A DNA stretch of 64,000 nt from contig NC_086118.1 of assembly GCF_963921235.1 (NCBI RefSeq), forward strand, positions 22,074,001 through 22,138,000. The letters are read 5' to 3'. A program made the translations under genes and the position numbers. Shown here piece after piece: positions 11,341 through 23,552 of the stretch. Positions within the stretch are counted from its first letter, which is position 1; each line of letters starts with the position of its first letter. The stretch comes from Mobula hypostoma (Eukaryota). Below the pieces are notes generated by a model. That model searched no databases and was not told the origin of the DNA. It saw only the letters and a program-made list of their open reading frames with translations.

Positions 11341-13502
11341 CTTTATACTTTATACCTTATTGTCGCCAAACAATTGATACTAGAACGTACAATCATTACA
11401 GCAATATTTGTTCCTATGCTTCACACTCCCTGGATTATAAATATTAAATATTAAAAATATTTAAAATGATTAGATATTAAAAATTTAAATGATAAATCAT
11501 TAATAGAAAATAGAAAAATGGAAAGTAAGTTAGTGCAAAAAAAACCGACAGGCAGGTCAGGATACTTGGAGGGTACGGTCCAGATTCGCATCAGGATCCG
11601 TTCAGCAGTCTTATCAGTCTTAAAGAAGCTGTTCCCAAATCTGGCCATACGAGTCTTCAAGCTCCTGAGTCTTCTCTCGGAGGGAAGAGGGATGAAAAGT
11701 GTGTTGGCTGGGTGGGTCTTGTCCTTGATTATCCTGGCAGCACTGCTCCGACAGCGTGCAGTGTAAAGTGAGTCCACGGATGGAAGATTGGTTTGTGTGA
11801 TGTGCTGCGCCGTGTTCACGATCTTCTGCAGCTTCTTTCGGTCTTGGACAGGACAACTTCCATACCAGGATGTGATGCACCCTAGAAGAATGCTTTCTAC
11901 GGTGCATCTATAAAAATTAGTGAGGGTTTTAGGGGACAGGCCAAATTTCTTTAGTTTTCTCAGGAAGTAGAGGTGCTGGCGGGCCTTCTTGGCAGTGAAC
12001 TCTGCTTGGTTGGACCAAGTCAGGTCATTTGTGATATTGACCCTGAGGAACTTAAAGCTTTTGACCTGTTCCACTTGCGCACCACCGATGTAAATTGGGT
12101 CGTGTGGTTCGCTACTCCTTCTGAAGTCAAAAACCAATTCCTTCGTCTTGCTGACGTTGAGAGATAGGTTATTGCCTTCACACCATGCCACCAGGTTCTT
12201 AATTTCCTCTCTGTACTTAAACTCATCATTACCCGAGATACAGCCTACAATTGCTGAGTCATCAGCAAACTTATATATTGAGTTTGATGGAAACTTGGCT
12301 ACACAATCATGGGTGTACAGTGAGTACAGCAGGGGGCTGAGTACACAGCCTTGTGGGGCACCGGTGCTCAGAGTGATTGTAGAGGAGAGCTTGTCTCCTA
12401 TTTTTACAGTCTGGGTCCTCTCTATGAGGAAGTTGAAGATCCAGCTGCAGATATGAGTGCTAAGGCCCAGATTCCGGAGCTTAGGAATCAGTTTATTTGG
12501 AATGATGGTATTAAAGGCAGAGCTGTAGTCAATGAAAAGGAGCCTTACGTATGCGCCTTTATTCTCCAGGTGTTCTAAGGAGGAATGTAGGGCCAGAGAG
12601 ATGGCATCTGCCGTTGACCTGTTGCTCCGGTAGGCGACTTGCAAAGCGTCGAGGTTGCCCGGTAGGCTGTGGTTAATGTGTGCCATAACCAATCTCTCAA
12701 AACACTTCATAGCGATTGATGTCAGAGCCACAGGTTGATAGTCATTCAGGCATGCCACCTTGCTCTTCTTCGGCACTGGGATTATCGTTGCCTTCTTAAA
12801 ACACGAGGGGATCTTAGACTGAAGCAAGGAGCAGTTGAAGATGTCAGCAAACACTTCAGCTAGCTCACTTGCACAGGCCCGGAGAACCTGTCCTGGGACG
12901 CCAACTGGGCCCGTCGCCTTCCTTGGATTTATCTTTAGGAAGGCCCTTCTAATGTCCTCCTCGGTGACAATGAATCTCGATGCCACCAGGTCCGGTTCAT
13001 CCGGAGGGAGCAGGACGCTCCTCTTCTGTTCGAATCTTGCATAGAATTCGTTAGGTTTGTCAGGAAGAAAAGTACCACAGTTATTGATATTCCCAGCCTT
13101 TTCTTTGCGCCCAGTGATCTCATTTAGACCCTGCCATAGTCTACTGGCATCCCTTTGGTTAACCTGGGCTTCCAACTTGGCTCGATATTGCCTCTTGGCG
13201 GCCTTAATGGCTTTCCGGAAATCACGCCTGGATTCCGTGTAGCGACTGGTGTCCCCGGACCTAAAAGCTGCAGCTCTAACCTTTAAAAGGGACTTGACAT
13301 CATAATTCATCCAAGGTTTCCAGTTAGGGAATACCTGGATCATCTTGCGAGACACACAGTCCTCCGTGCATTTCCAAATAAAGTCCGTGACAGCTGAGGC
13401 ATACTCATCGAGGTTAGCTGCTGAGCCCTTGAAAACTAACCAGTCCACCGATTCAAAGCAGTCACGGAGGACCTCTTCCATTTTCTTCGTCCAACGTGAC
13501 AC
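11341..13502 (-). mobile_element. Young 5'-truncated Rex1/Babar LINE
   Basis: Intact RT ORF, 3' UTR and short (TATAAAG)-type tail at 11341-11360. Confidence 0.92.
11451..13502 (-). CDS. Rex1/Babar reverse transcriptase, 683 aa open frame, lacking the N-terminal endonuclease
   Basis: Motifs NDYQPVALTSIAMKCFERLV, RLLFIDYSSAFNTI, GAPQGCVLSPLLYSLYT, KFADD, FYRCTVESIL. Retroelement-encoded, not a host gene. Confidence 0.9.
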   Translation of the reverse strand: MSRWTKKMEEVLRDCFESVDWLVFKGSAANLDEYASAVTDFIWKCTEDCVSRKMIQVFPNWKPWMNYDVKSLLKVRAAAFRSGDTSRYTESRRDFRKAIKAAKRQYRAKLEAQVNQRDASRLWQGLNEITGRKEKAGNINNCGTFLPDKPNEFYARFEQKRSVLLPPDEPDLVASRFIVTEEDIRRAFLKINPRKATGPVGVPGQVLRACASELAEVFADIFNCSLLQSKIPSCFKKATIIPVPKKSKVACLNDYQPVALTSIAMKCFERLVMAHINHSLPGNLDALQVAYRSNRSTADAISLALHSSLEHLENKGAYVRLLFIDYSSAFNTIIPNKLIPKLRNLGLSTHICSWIFNFLIERTQTVKIGDKLSSTITLSTGAPQGCVLSPLLYSLYTHDCVAKFPSNSIYKFADDSAIVGCISGNDEFKYREEIKNLVAWCEGNNLSLNVSKTKELVFDFRRSSEPHDPIYIGGAQVEQVKSFKFLRVNITNDLTWSNQAEFTAKKARQHLYFLRKLKKFGLSPKTLTNFYRCTVESILLGCITSWYGSCPVQDRKKLQKIVNTAQHITQTNLPSVDSLYTARCRSSAARIIKDKTHPANTLFIPLPSERRLRSLKTRMARFGNSFFKTDKTAERILMRIWTVPSKYPDLPVGFFCTNLLSIFLFSINDLSFKFLISNHFKYF

Positions 13503-13885
13503 TACAATGGGATCCTACCACCAAACACATCTTTACCTCCCCAACTCTCTGCTTTCTGCAGGGATTACTGTCCCTGTTACTCCCTCCCTGATTCATCCTT
13601 CTGCACCAATCTCCCTTCTGGTACATAGCCTTACAAGCAGAAATGCTACACCTGTCTACTCACCTCCTCCCTCACCTCTATTCAGGACCTCAAACCGTCC
13701 TTCTAGGTGAGGCAACACTTCAGCTGAAATCTGTTGGGGTTGTATACTGTAGCCATTGACCCCAATGCAGCTTCCTCTACATTGGCGAGACCCAATGTAT
13801 ATTGGGGGACCACTTTGTCAAGCACTTTTGCTCCATCTGCAACAAGCAGGAATTCCCAGTGTCCAATCTCCATTCCCATTCCAAC

Positions 13886-14262
13886 CCTGTGGCTTTAGTC
13901 TCTGAGGCTGATATGAGAGCATCCTTCAAGAGTGTGAAACCATAGAAAGCATTGGCCCAGATGGGATACTGGCCAAGTACTAAAGACCTCTGTTGATTAA
14001 CTGGCTGGAGTGTTCACTGATATCTTAAACCTTTAGCTTTGTCAGTCTGAGGTGTCCACCTGTTTCAATCAGGCTTCAATTACTGTATACTATTGCCTAA
14101 GAACAACCTGGTAACCTCCCTCACTGACAATCATCCAGTCAAACCTATGTCCACTGTGATGAAGTGCTTTGAGACATTGGTGATGAACATAGCCCAAGAT
14201 ACGAATTGGATCTGCTCCATTTTGTCTACCAGCACAGCAGGTCCACAGCGGATGCCATTTCT
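13886..14262 (+). mobile_element. Degenerate Rex1/Babar RT fragment
   Basis: ORF 14093-14320 PKNNLVTSLTDNHPV...STVMKCFETLV is homologous to the 683-aa RT. Confidence 0.75.
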
Positions 14263-14477
14263 TAATAACGCTGGTCAAAATGGTAGTCTTCTTTTCCAGA
14301 ACCAGGACACTGGTAAGTAGGGAACTTTGACGTTGCTCTGCTTTTGGTCAAGACTGAAATGAGAAGAAGGGAGTTAATACCATCACGATAAAACACTAAT
14401 CGGCTGGAATGTGCATGTGAATGTGATTGCCAAACCTATTCTGCAGCCTGCAGACCCCTGACAGAGTCTGTGGTTGT

Positions 14478-15340
14478 GACATGTTTCTTTACCAGGCAGA
14501 GATGCAACCAGTCAGTATACTCTCCACCGTGCTGCTATCGAAACTTATCAAAGTTTCAGATGACACACTGAATCTGAACAAACTTCTAAGAAAGTAGAGG
14601 CACTGACGTGCCATCTTTGAAAAGGCACTTACGTGCAGTTCCCAGAAAGAATCACTGATATGGTAACGCTAAAGAATTTAAGGTAACAGACCCTTTCCAC
14701 CTCTGATCCCCTAATGAGGACTGGCTCTTGGAACCCCCAGTGTCTTCCTCCTGTAGTCAAGAATCAATTCTTAGGTTTTGCCGACATTAAGTGAAAGGTT
14801 GTTGTTATGGCCCCATTTAACCAGATTTTCATTCTCCCTCCTATATGCCAATTCGTCAGGACCTTTGATTTGGCCAACAACAGTGGTGTCATCAACAAAC
14901 TTAAATATGGCATTAGAGCTGTAATTAGCCTCAGAGTCATAAGTATAGAATGAGTAGGTTAGGGGGCTAAGCACACAACCCTGTGGCGCACATGTGCTGA
15001 TGGCGATTGTGGAGGAGATATTGTCGCCAATCTGGGGTTTGCAAGTGAGGAAACTGAGGAGGCCAAAGTCTTAGGAGCTTATTGATAGTGTTGAATGCTG
15101 AGCTGTAGACAGTAAAGAGCATTCTGATGTGTGCGTCTTCATATCCGGGTGTTCCAGAGCTGAGTGAAGAGCCAACTAAATGGCAGCTGCTGTTGATCTG
15201 TTGTGCCAGCAGATCAGTGGAGTGGATCCATGTCACTCCTCAAAGTTGATCTGCTTTATGGCCGACTGCTCCAAGCACTTCATCACAGAGCATGCAAGTT
15301 GTCGCTGGACAATATTCATTGAATGAGGTTACCACATTGG
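14478..15340 (-). mobile_element. Degenerate Rex1/Babar RT fragment
   Basis: ORFs LSPLTYSFYTYD...IFKFVDDTTVVG (14771-14974) and IRMLFTVYSSAFNTI (14967-15236). Confidence 0.8.
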
Positions 15341-15387
15341 AATTAACAGTGTGACTTTGGCACCTGCGTATTGCAGCAAGGAAGTGA

Positions 15388-15606
15388 AGAGGGAGAGAGA
15401 AATCACCTTTAAACTCATGAGAGAGCATAGGCCATCAACTTTTTTTGCTGTTGATATTTCTGCAGCGGGCAATTTCTTTTTTACGAGGTCGAGTTGCTAG
15501 ATCGACGCTCAACCCAGCACGGATGGAAAGCGTGTACGGGCTGGGTTTGAACTCCGGACCTTCTGCGTCGAAGTCCAGCGCTGATGCCACTACGCCACCA
15601 GCCGGC
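15388..15606 (-). mobile_element. tRNA-derived SINE, second family, with RTE-like tail
   Basis: The minus strand begins GCCGGCTGGTGGCGTAGTGG (A box) then GAGTTCAAACC (B box), with GGCCTATGCTC near the 3' end. Perfect 16-bp TSD TGCAGCAAGGAAGTGA at 15372-15387 / 15607-15622. Confidence 0.88.
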
Positions 15607-16652
15607 TGCAGCAAGGAAGTGAGCAGGCATCCTTTGGGGAGTTCAAAGATTCATTTATTATTGATGCATCCATATACAATTCTGAGATTCTTCTCCTGAT
15701 AGCCACGAAAGAAAGAACATGAAAGTTGTTCAGAGAGAATCCAACCCACCCTCCCTGCTCAAAAAAGAATGGCATCCCAGTCATCAAATTTCAAACCACC
15801 CCCCCCCGCATACAAAAAAAACTAACAGAATGCAATAAGAACATTAACCACTAAAACCCTCCCCTTGCACAACAAAATGGAAAGGAACGGGCAGAAATCA
15901 CAGAATATAAAAGCCATGAGTCGGAGAAAGTCCACAGTCCATAAATGCAATAGTCCAATCCATAATGCAGAACCACAATCACATCCTCCTTCACCATCGA
16001 AAGAGAAAAGCAACACAAGAACGCGGAGACCTACCCATCTGCCACAGTGAGCCATGCAGCGATAGGCCGCTCACAGATTCCTTCTCTGATGGTGATCAAA
16101 AGGCAGGCAGTTGGGCATTTAATGTCATATTAATGTTTAGGCTATTGCAAAAGTATGAGCTGAGATTCAAGATTGAATTTCCTAGAAAGTTGAAAGATTC
16201 CTGAAACTGGATAAAAATGGTAAAGCCTATTTTCAATTGTGCCTTTTTATCAACAGTGTGGAGGAATTCCAAGTTAGTTCCAGGGTTGTCTAATGTTCCA
16301 AAAGCTGGTATCATTTCCTGCACAAACAGGAAAATAAAACAGAGGTAAGCCATGAGCTCAAGAGCAACAAGCCCTTGAACTTGTTCTTTCACACTATTGC
16401 TTAATGGCTAGAATACAACACAGCTTCAAATGGTCATACATAATAAATATTCTTTAATGCTTTTTTCTACACCAAAGTCTGTGCATTTCTCTTATGAAAG
16501 CTCCAATAGGCACAGCAACCACCATTTACCTGAGCTTCACATTGTCTTCCTTGAATTGAAGTGCTTCTTACTTTTGTTTGTAAATGACTTAGTTCTAATT
16601 TTTAAATGATTTTTTCTTGTTCTGGTTTTGCAGATAATCTGACCTGAATATG

Positions 16653-16963
16653 TAACAGTTTCTTGCCCCCAAGCCATCAGACTCCTCAATACCCAGAGCC
16701 TGGACTGACACCAACCTACTGTCCTCTACTGTGCCTATTGTCTTGTTTATTATTTATTGTAATGCCTGCAATGTTTTGTGCACTTTATACAGTCCTGGGT
16801 AGGTCTGTAGTCTAGTGTAGCTTTGTGTTGTTTTACATAGTTCAGTGTAGTTTTTGTATTTTTTATGTAGCACCGTGATCCTGAAAAACGTTGTCTCGTT
16901 TTTACTGTGTACTGTACCAGCAGTTATGCTCAAAATGACAATAAAAAGTGACTTGAATTGACT
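16653..16963 (+). mobile_element. Rex1/Babar LINE 3' end with (GACTT)n tail
   Basis: aacagtttc...ccaagccatcagactcctcaa (NSF..QAIRLLN ORF end), then AATAAA and gacttgaattgactt. Confidence 0.75.
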
Positions 16964-18084
16964 TACAACTGTGAGCTGAAGAAAAATTATCAAGAACATT
17001 TATAATTTTAAACGATTTCAATTAAACCCACCACTCCAGTCTCTTTCAAGAGAGGATAGTTCAAGTTTATGTTTGATTCGGAGATCATTGAAATCTCTAT
17101 TCCCTGGTTTCAATTTGAACTGAAATCTTGTTTTGGGAGTCACTTTTCTCTCTCTCTCTCTTCACTGTCTTGGAATATTTATGTGTGATGGTATTGGAGG
17201 AGATACTTCCAGCTAAAAAATAGTTCAAACACAGTTCATTTATTTTCAGTGATACACATTTAACTCAAACAACATTCTCAAAATTCATTTAAAACTCACA
17301 GAGGATTACTATCTTATAAAAGACTTCCAAATTACAAAGCATTTTGAAAATACAAAGGACTTTTCTAAAACACAAGCTAAAAAGACATAACCAAGAGCTT
17401 TCCACGAACTGGTCATCTGTTGCAGAAACTGAAGGCAGAGGAATGGATTCCAGTTCATCTTGTCTTTCTGTCATACTCCTTGATGTTCTTTAGCCCATTC
17501 CTAACATTCCTGAACTACTCTCTAAATTCATACTGTTTCTTTGCCACTTGGGTGACTTCACACACGTGATATTTTTTCAGATACCTTTTAACACAAGCAA
17601 CCTAAAAGCTTCTGGAGACAAAGTTCTCAGGTACTTGTAATCAATGCTATGAATCTGACTCTCTGAGTACATAAACCTTCCAACTCTTAACACAAAAGTT
17701 ATTTAACATGTTAAATGATTACCTCCATCTGGTCTTAAAACTTCCGCAAACTAAATGACTCAGCAAATCAAATTAAATAACCCATGGTCTTATAATGCAC
17801 CTCTTCAACGGTGAGATCAGATGTTGTAGCCAGCATCCTGCTCTATAGACAAAGAGTCTCTTTGCAAGGCAGTGTTTTTTAACTTCAAACTGATTACTGC
17901 TGGTCATTTACTTAAGAACTGAAGACTGGCTCCTGTTTATGACCAGAACCTAAACAAATAATATTAGTTGGAAGTTTAACTTACTTAAAAAAACAACCAT
18001 TTTAGCTTTAAAAGTGTTTAGAAAGTTTAGCATGGCAAAAAAAAACATAAGGTCCCCTTGCCCAGGACTGAAAATCTATCACAT

Positions 18085-18446
18085 ATGCAGAACTTCTGTG
18101 TGTAAGTTGAACAGCATGCGCATGTAACGAGAACTGTATAACTCATCTCCTTCTACCTTAGGCAACAAAGTTATCAATCACCCCTGCTGTGGACCACCTA
18201 ACATGCATGTGCAGTTCAACTTTTTGAGTGATAATACAGAAAGTTTGAAGTTAATAACTCATCTCCTTCTACCTTAGGCCACAAACTTATCCATCACCCC
18301 TGCTGAATATGAATGATCTATATGCTCCACGACAGCTGGATGAAATGTGTACATGTAGGAGGGGACTATGTTGAAAAATAAAAGTGCTAGGTTTTCTAAA
18401 ATTGACTCCGCCTTCCTTAGGCCACAAACTTATCAATCACCCCTCA
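18085..18446. mobile_element. Mariner-derived non-autonomous element, copy 1
   Basis: Contains the mariner transposase C-terminus SWMKCVHVGGDYVEK* (~18333-18380) and three copies of the TIR-like CCTTCTACCTTAGGCCACAAACTTATCAATCACCCCT. Confidence 0.75.
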
Positions 18447-19542
18447 TACTGTGATAAAGTGCTTTGAGAGGCTAAAATCAACTCCTGCCTAAGCAGGGAC
18501 TTGTACTTGCTGCAATTTGCCTATTGCCAGACTAGGTCTACAGTGGCTGCAATCTCTCTGTCTCTCCCTTTGGCCTGAACCCCAGTGCAAAAGCAGTACC
18601 TACACCAGGCAGATGTTTATTGATTACGCTCAGCGTTCACCACCATCATATCCTCAGTACTAATCAACAAGCTCCAAACCTGGGCCTTTGTATCTCCTTC
18701 TGCAATTGCATCCTTGTCTTCCTTATTGAGAGACAATGGGTCGTACAAATCGGAAATAACATCTCCTCCTTGCATACAATCAAAACTTATGTACCTCAAG
18801 GACGTCTGTTTAGCCCACTGTTCTACTCTCTCTACACCAATGACTATGTGGCTAGGCTCAGCTCAAATGCCATCTATAGATATGCCGATGACTTGACAAC
18901 TGTTGGCAGAACTTCAGATGGTGACGAGGAGGTGTACAGGAGTGAGGTGGATCGGCTAGTTGAGTGGTATTCCAGCAACAACCTTGCAATCAAGGTCAGT
19001 AAGTTCAAGGACTTGATTGTGGACTTCTGGAATGGTAAGTCGAGGAGTGACACATCAATTCTCTTCAAGGGATCAGCAGTGGAAAGGATGAGCAGTTTCA
19101 AGTTCCTTGGTGTCAATATCTCTGTATATCTATCCTGGGCCCAACATATTAGTACAATTATAAAAAAGGCATAGCAACAGCTATTATGTCATTAAGAGTT
19201 TGAGCGGATTTGTTATGTCACCAAAGAATATCAAATTTCTATAGATGTAATGTGGAGAGCATTCTAACTGATTGCATTCCCATCTGGTATGGAGGGGCCA
19301 CTGCCCAGGATTAGAAAAAGCTGCAACTCAGCCAGTTCTACAATGGACACAAGCCTCTCCAGCATGGAGGACATCTTCAAAAGATGATGTCTCATAAAGG
19401 CAGCATTTATCATCTAGGATCGCCTCATCCAGGACATGTCCTTGTTTCACTGCTACCATCCGCCATCAGATTTCTGAATCCATGTACACTACCTCATCCT
19501 CTCTACTTATTTCATTAAACTATACATATATTTATCTTCCTT
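18447..19542 (+). mobile_element. Degenerate Rex1/Babar LINE; its tail continues to ~20480
   Basis: ORF 18620-19174 VPQGRLFSPLFYSLYT...YRYADD...FKFLGVNIS. Confidence 0.85.
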
Positions 19543-19560
19543 ATTATAATTTATGGTTTT

Positions 19561-20035
19561 CTTAGCAAATAGATTCTAGGAAACCTAGTATCTAGCAACG
19601 GTGGTTTGCTATTGCCTTCCGTTGGGCGAACTAAAGAAATTGCCATTTCTCTTCCCAAATGTTCATCCGCCTGTACTATAGCCATTGACATTTGAGGTCC
19701 TAGCTCATCCGCCTTCTCCGTCATAAGTTCAGTTACTGAACTGCTGTTGGCCTTCACTCGTATCCTGAGCAGGAACCCTTGCAGGTGCTACCGTTTCGGG
19801 TCAGAGCGGCCCTGGGAGCAATGAATGACTAAGGGGTAACTCCACTTTCCCCAAAGCTCTGAAAGTCCCCAATCAGAGCCTCATCACCGGTTGCAGTTTA
19901 GAGTCATACCCAGGAGAGAGCAGCCAGAGAACTAGAAATGAATACCAATGAATTGATCCACTTGACCCGAAACAGGAGTGTGTGGGCCATGGCAGTCAAA
20001 GCTCAAACTGGGCACGGCACCTGATGATGATGATG
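19561..20035. mobile_element. RTE-clade retroposon insert: inverted 5' UTR segment plus sense 3' end with (TGA)n tail
   Basis: 18-bp TSD ATTATAATTTAT(G/A)GTTTT at 19543-19560 / 20036-20053. The plus strand at ~19915-20035 reads LEMNTNELIHLTRNRSVW..GHGT* then TGATGATGA. The minus-strand left part carries the RTE-like GAAGGCAATAGCAAACCAC. Confidence 0.7.
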
Positions 20036-22426
20036 ATTATAATTTATAGTTTTTGTAGTTGCAAAACAAATCCTAAAACAAAACAATTGACGCTAGCCTG
20101 CAACCACTATTACACTTCAGCTCCAATGAAATGATTGTTCCAAAGAGTCTAATCCATACTTTGGTCCATTATTAGCATTTAGCAAACATACAATTTTGAA
20201 GCGATATTGAGTGCTCAGCAGAAGTTACGACCTCCAAGCTACAAGCTGCCACTGAATAAGCAAGAAGATGTAACTTATTCCCTTCGCTTTTACCACGTCC
20301 CCACTCATGCCTAGTTACCATAGTAAATATACTAAATACACAACACAGAATACAAAACAAATAGAAAACAGATACATGGCTCCTACAGTGTTCTTTTAGT
20401 TAGGTATTTCCTTATACTGCTGCCACAGAACAAAAAAAAAATCCATGATATTAAACCTGATTCTGATTCTGATTCTGCTTCTGCAATAAACATAACCGGA
20501 TTTAGTCATTGGTTTCAAATATTAATAGCTTAATTTTAACTTAATAGACTTGAAAACAGCAACATTAGTCTTGCTTGAAATTGACAAAGAATTGACTGCA
20601 AATTAAAAGCCCTTGCTTCACATTTTATATATTGGTATCCTCAAGAAGTGCAACATGAAACATGAGATATAAAAGAAAAAATAAATGGAAATAGGGGAGA
20701 AATCTGGTTTATGAAGCATTCATAAACAAATGATAATGAATGTGCAGACACCATATAATTTAAGGAACCTTCCGTTCTGTTTCAAAAAAACTGCTTTACT
20801 GAGTAAAATTGCTAATTCTTTTCTGATGGAGCACGTGGAAAGAGAAAGAAATTCAAGTATGTGACCCTTTTTTTTTATCACATTCCCAAGTTAAGAAGAT
20901 TTACAGCGGACTATCCAGTTCTAGCTTTGAACTTTCCAGTATCTGTGCTATAAGCAGATAAAAAGAGTAATATTAAATATGTTCAAATATGATTAGTGTC
21001 TGCCTGCAAAATATCATTCGCTTATCTTCTGCAACCAGCTGACAATGAAATTTCAAGGGATCTGCTTTTTTTTTTTGGCAGATTCCAGACGGAGCAAGAA
21101 ATTGAGCAGAAGATTGGCAAAATATTCAGGCAGCATTGTTCCAGCCTTTGAGGTTGTCTGAGAGTTGTTGACTAATGGAGGGATATGTTCTGAAAGGAAT
21201 AAGTTTTGCAACTGTAAGCTCCATACACCTGTTCCAGATACAGTTTCTGAAGATGATTCATTTCCATAGAAATGATATTGGAACTTCAAAGCATGAACAC
21301 AAATCTTTCTGGAAGTAATGAATACCATAGAGATTCTTAATATTTGCACACATTTCTTTTACACTCTCAGTCTTTTAAAATTGCCTGCAGATGAGTTGAA
21401 AAGTTGAGTGATGCAGAATGGAAAGACAAACTGATGAAAATATTCCCATTAAAGATGTAGAAACATGAGAAATTGAAACTAAAGTTTCCAGTAGCTTGCT
21501 ATGTTGGTACCTGAAACATAGCAACACTCGTAGATAACCCCCCAGCACATTCAATATTTGGACTGTGTTGGTTGTTGATACAAATAACACATTCCACTGG
21601 GGATGTACTGAAACACGCAAATGAATATTTTCCTGGTTCCTCCAGTCAGGTTCAAATGAGCATAATTTCTGAAATTGTACATTTGTGATTTCACTCGTAA
21701 TAAAAAAATGAAATCCCACAAACTGGAAGAGAATAAATGGCTAGTTTTAAGTTTCTGCTGTAAGCAAAATGCCAGTTTGAACACTGGAGATCTCCCCTAT
21801 AGTTCTGAACAATGTAGAGCTCTCTCTGCACCTTTGACTGTGTGGCTCAACACAGCTCAAATGCCAACTATAAATTTACTGCGGATAAAACCATTGTTGG
21901 CAGAATTTCAGATAGTGATAAGAGGGCATACAGGAGAGAGATATATCAGCTAGTTAAGTGGTGTCACAACAACCTTGCACTCATTCTCAGTAAGACCAAA
22001 GAGCTGATTGTGGACTTCGGAAAGGGTAAAATGAGGGAATACAAACCAATCCTCATCGACGTATCAGAATTGGAAAGATTGAGCAATTTCAAGTTCCTGG
22101 GTGTCAATATCTGAGGATCTAACCTGGATACAACATATCGATGCAGTTAAAAAGAAGACACGACAGGGGCTATACTTCATTAGGAGTTTGAGGATATTTG
22201 GTATGTCACCTAAAACACACGCAAATATCTACAGTTGTACTGTGGAGAGCATTTTAAAAGGCTGCTTCACCGTCTGCTATAGGAATGGGCTCTGGCTACT
22301 GCACAGGATCAAAGTAAGTTGCAGAGTTGTAAACTTAGTCAGCTTCAAAGAAGGATCTAGTGCTTTCCCAGTGTATATGACGTATAAACTCTTCTTGGGC
22401 TTCCAGCCGGTACAGGTATCAATTTT

Positions 22427-22469
22427 AACCAACATTTCAATGACGAACTCTGCCATCTTCTTCAGGGAT
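22427..22469 (-). ncRNA. Degenerate minimal hammerhead ribozyme (Poseidon left arm)
   Basis: The minus strand reads atcc-CTGAAGA-agatggcagagttcgtcatt-GAAA-tgtt-ggtt, a CpG-decayed version of 25471-25513. Confidence 0.55.
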
Positions 22470-23552
22470 AATGCTTGGACATGTCTACTCTAGTGGAATT
22501 AATCCCCCCCCATATCTCGTCCCTCCTGATTGATTAGTCATTCAATCAAATTTCTGATCTCGCACCTTGTTTACAATCGAATTACAGTTCTTACTTAGAG
22601 CAAAACCATTATCTTTGTTAAAATTCTTTTCCGCTGGTTTTCTTTCAATGGTTTCCTTTACCAGGCAGTCCTAAAAGCCATTGGCGCAACACAGTAATTT
22701 TGTGCTGTCAAAGTCAATCCTACGGCCATTGCGAATGTAGTGTTCTGCTACTGCTGATTTCTCTGGGTAACCCCACAGGGAATCTTGTAAATGCCAGCCA
22801 GCCTGGGTCCCAGGTCATCTTTGACCTGCATAAACTGTGATTTGAGCTTCTTTATGGGTTTGTGGAAGGTATTAATCTGGTATTCCTTCAGGATCTTTTT
22901 GATCCTTCCAGAAACCTTGGAAATATATTGAAAACAGGTGATAATGACAGGTTCCTCCTCACTGTTGGATTTCGTGATTTTTTTTTGTCAGCCCTTTTAA
23001 GGGTCCAATTGATTCCCTTCACCTTGTAGCCATTCTGTAAGAACATTATGCGTAATTGTCTTATTTCCCCGGGGAAACTCTCCGGGTGTGAAATAGTTTT
23101 CGCATAGTTAATCAAAGTAGAAGAAACTGCTCAATGTTGAGGAGCGTGATAGTGGCTGTTACTATTGAGGTATAAGTCCTTGTGAGTGGGTTTCTGATAG
23201 ATGCCACGTCCAAGGCTACCATCCAGTTTCCGTCGTATTAGAATGTCCAAGAACAGGAGGTGACCATTCTTTTCCATTTCCATAGTAAATTGACTGTTTG
23301 GATGAAAACTGTTCAGATGAAGGACTGTTGGAGTGCCCAGAGTCCATGAGGCCGCACTACAAGGGTGCCATTGACATATCTGAAGAAGCACTGACCATTG
23401 ACCTTTTTGAACACACCCTCACATCGAAGTTCTTCCTCTATAAGGGGAACTACTATGAACAAATGGATGGAGTGGCCATGGGATTGTCTTTGTCACCGGA
23501 TATTGCCAATTTCTACATGGAGAACTTTGAGGAGAGTGCTCTGGGTTCATCA

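Larger units (their letters stand above)
9075..13885 (+). mobile_element. Old Neptune-type Penelope-like element split into 4 pieces (9075-9604, 10431-10500, 11200-11340, 13503-13885) by nested insertions
   Basis: Decayed PLE RT motifs (FTMDVQSL.TSIPHQEGL; MGTRVGPNYACLFVGY) and GIY-YIG (GVVYC...FLYIGET, ~13735-13795). The pieces are collinear with the PLE at 32143-33615. Confidence 0.8.

Noticed and set aside
18140..18446. Regularly spaced ~37-bp repeats resembling a CRISPR array
   Set aside because: They are mariner TIR copies, and one of the intervening segments is the transposase C-terminus.
21080..21170. Plus-strand exon after a T-rich acceptor
   Set aside because: The frames stop quickly, there is no strong donor, and the peptide is not recognisable.
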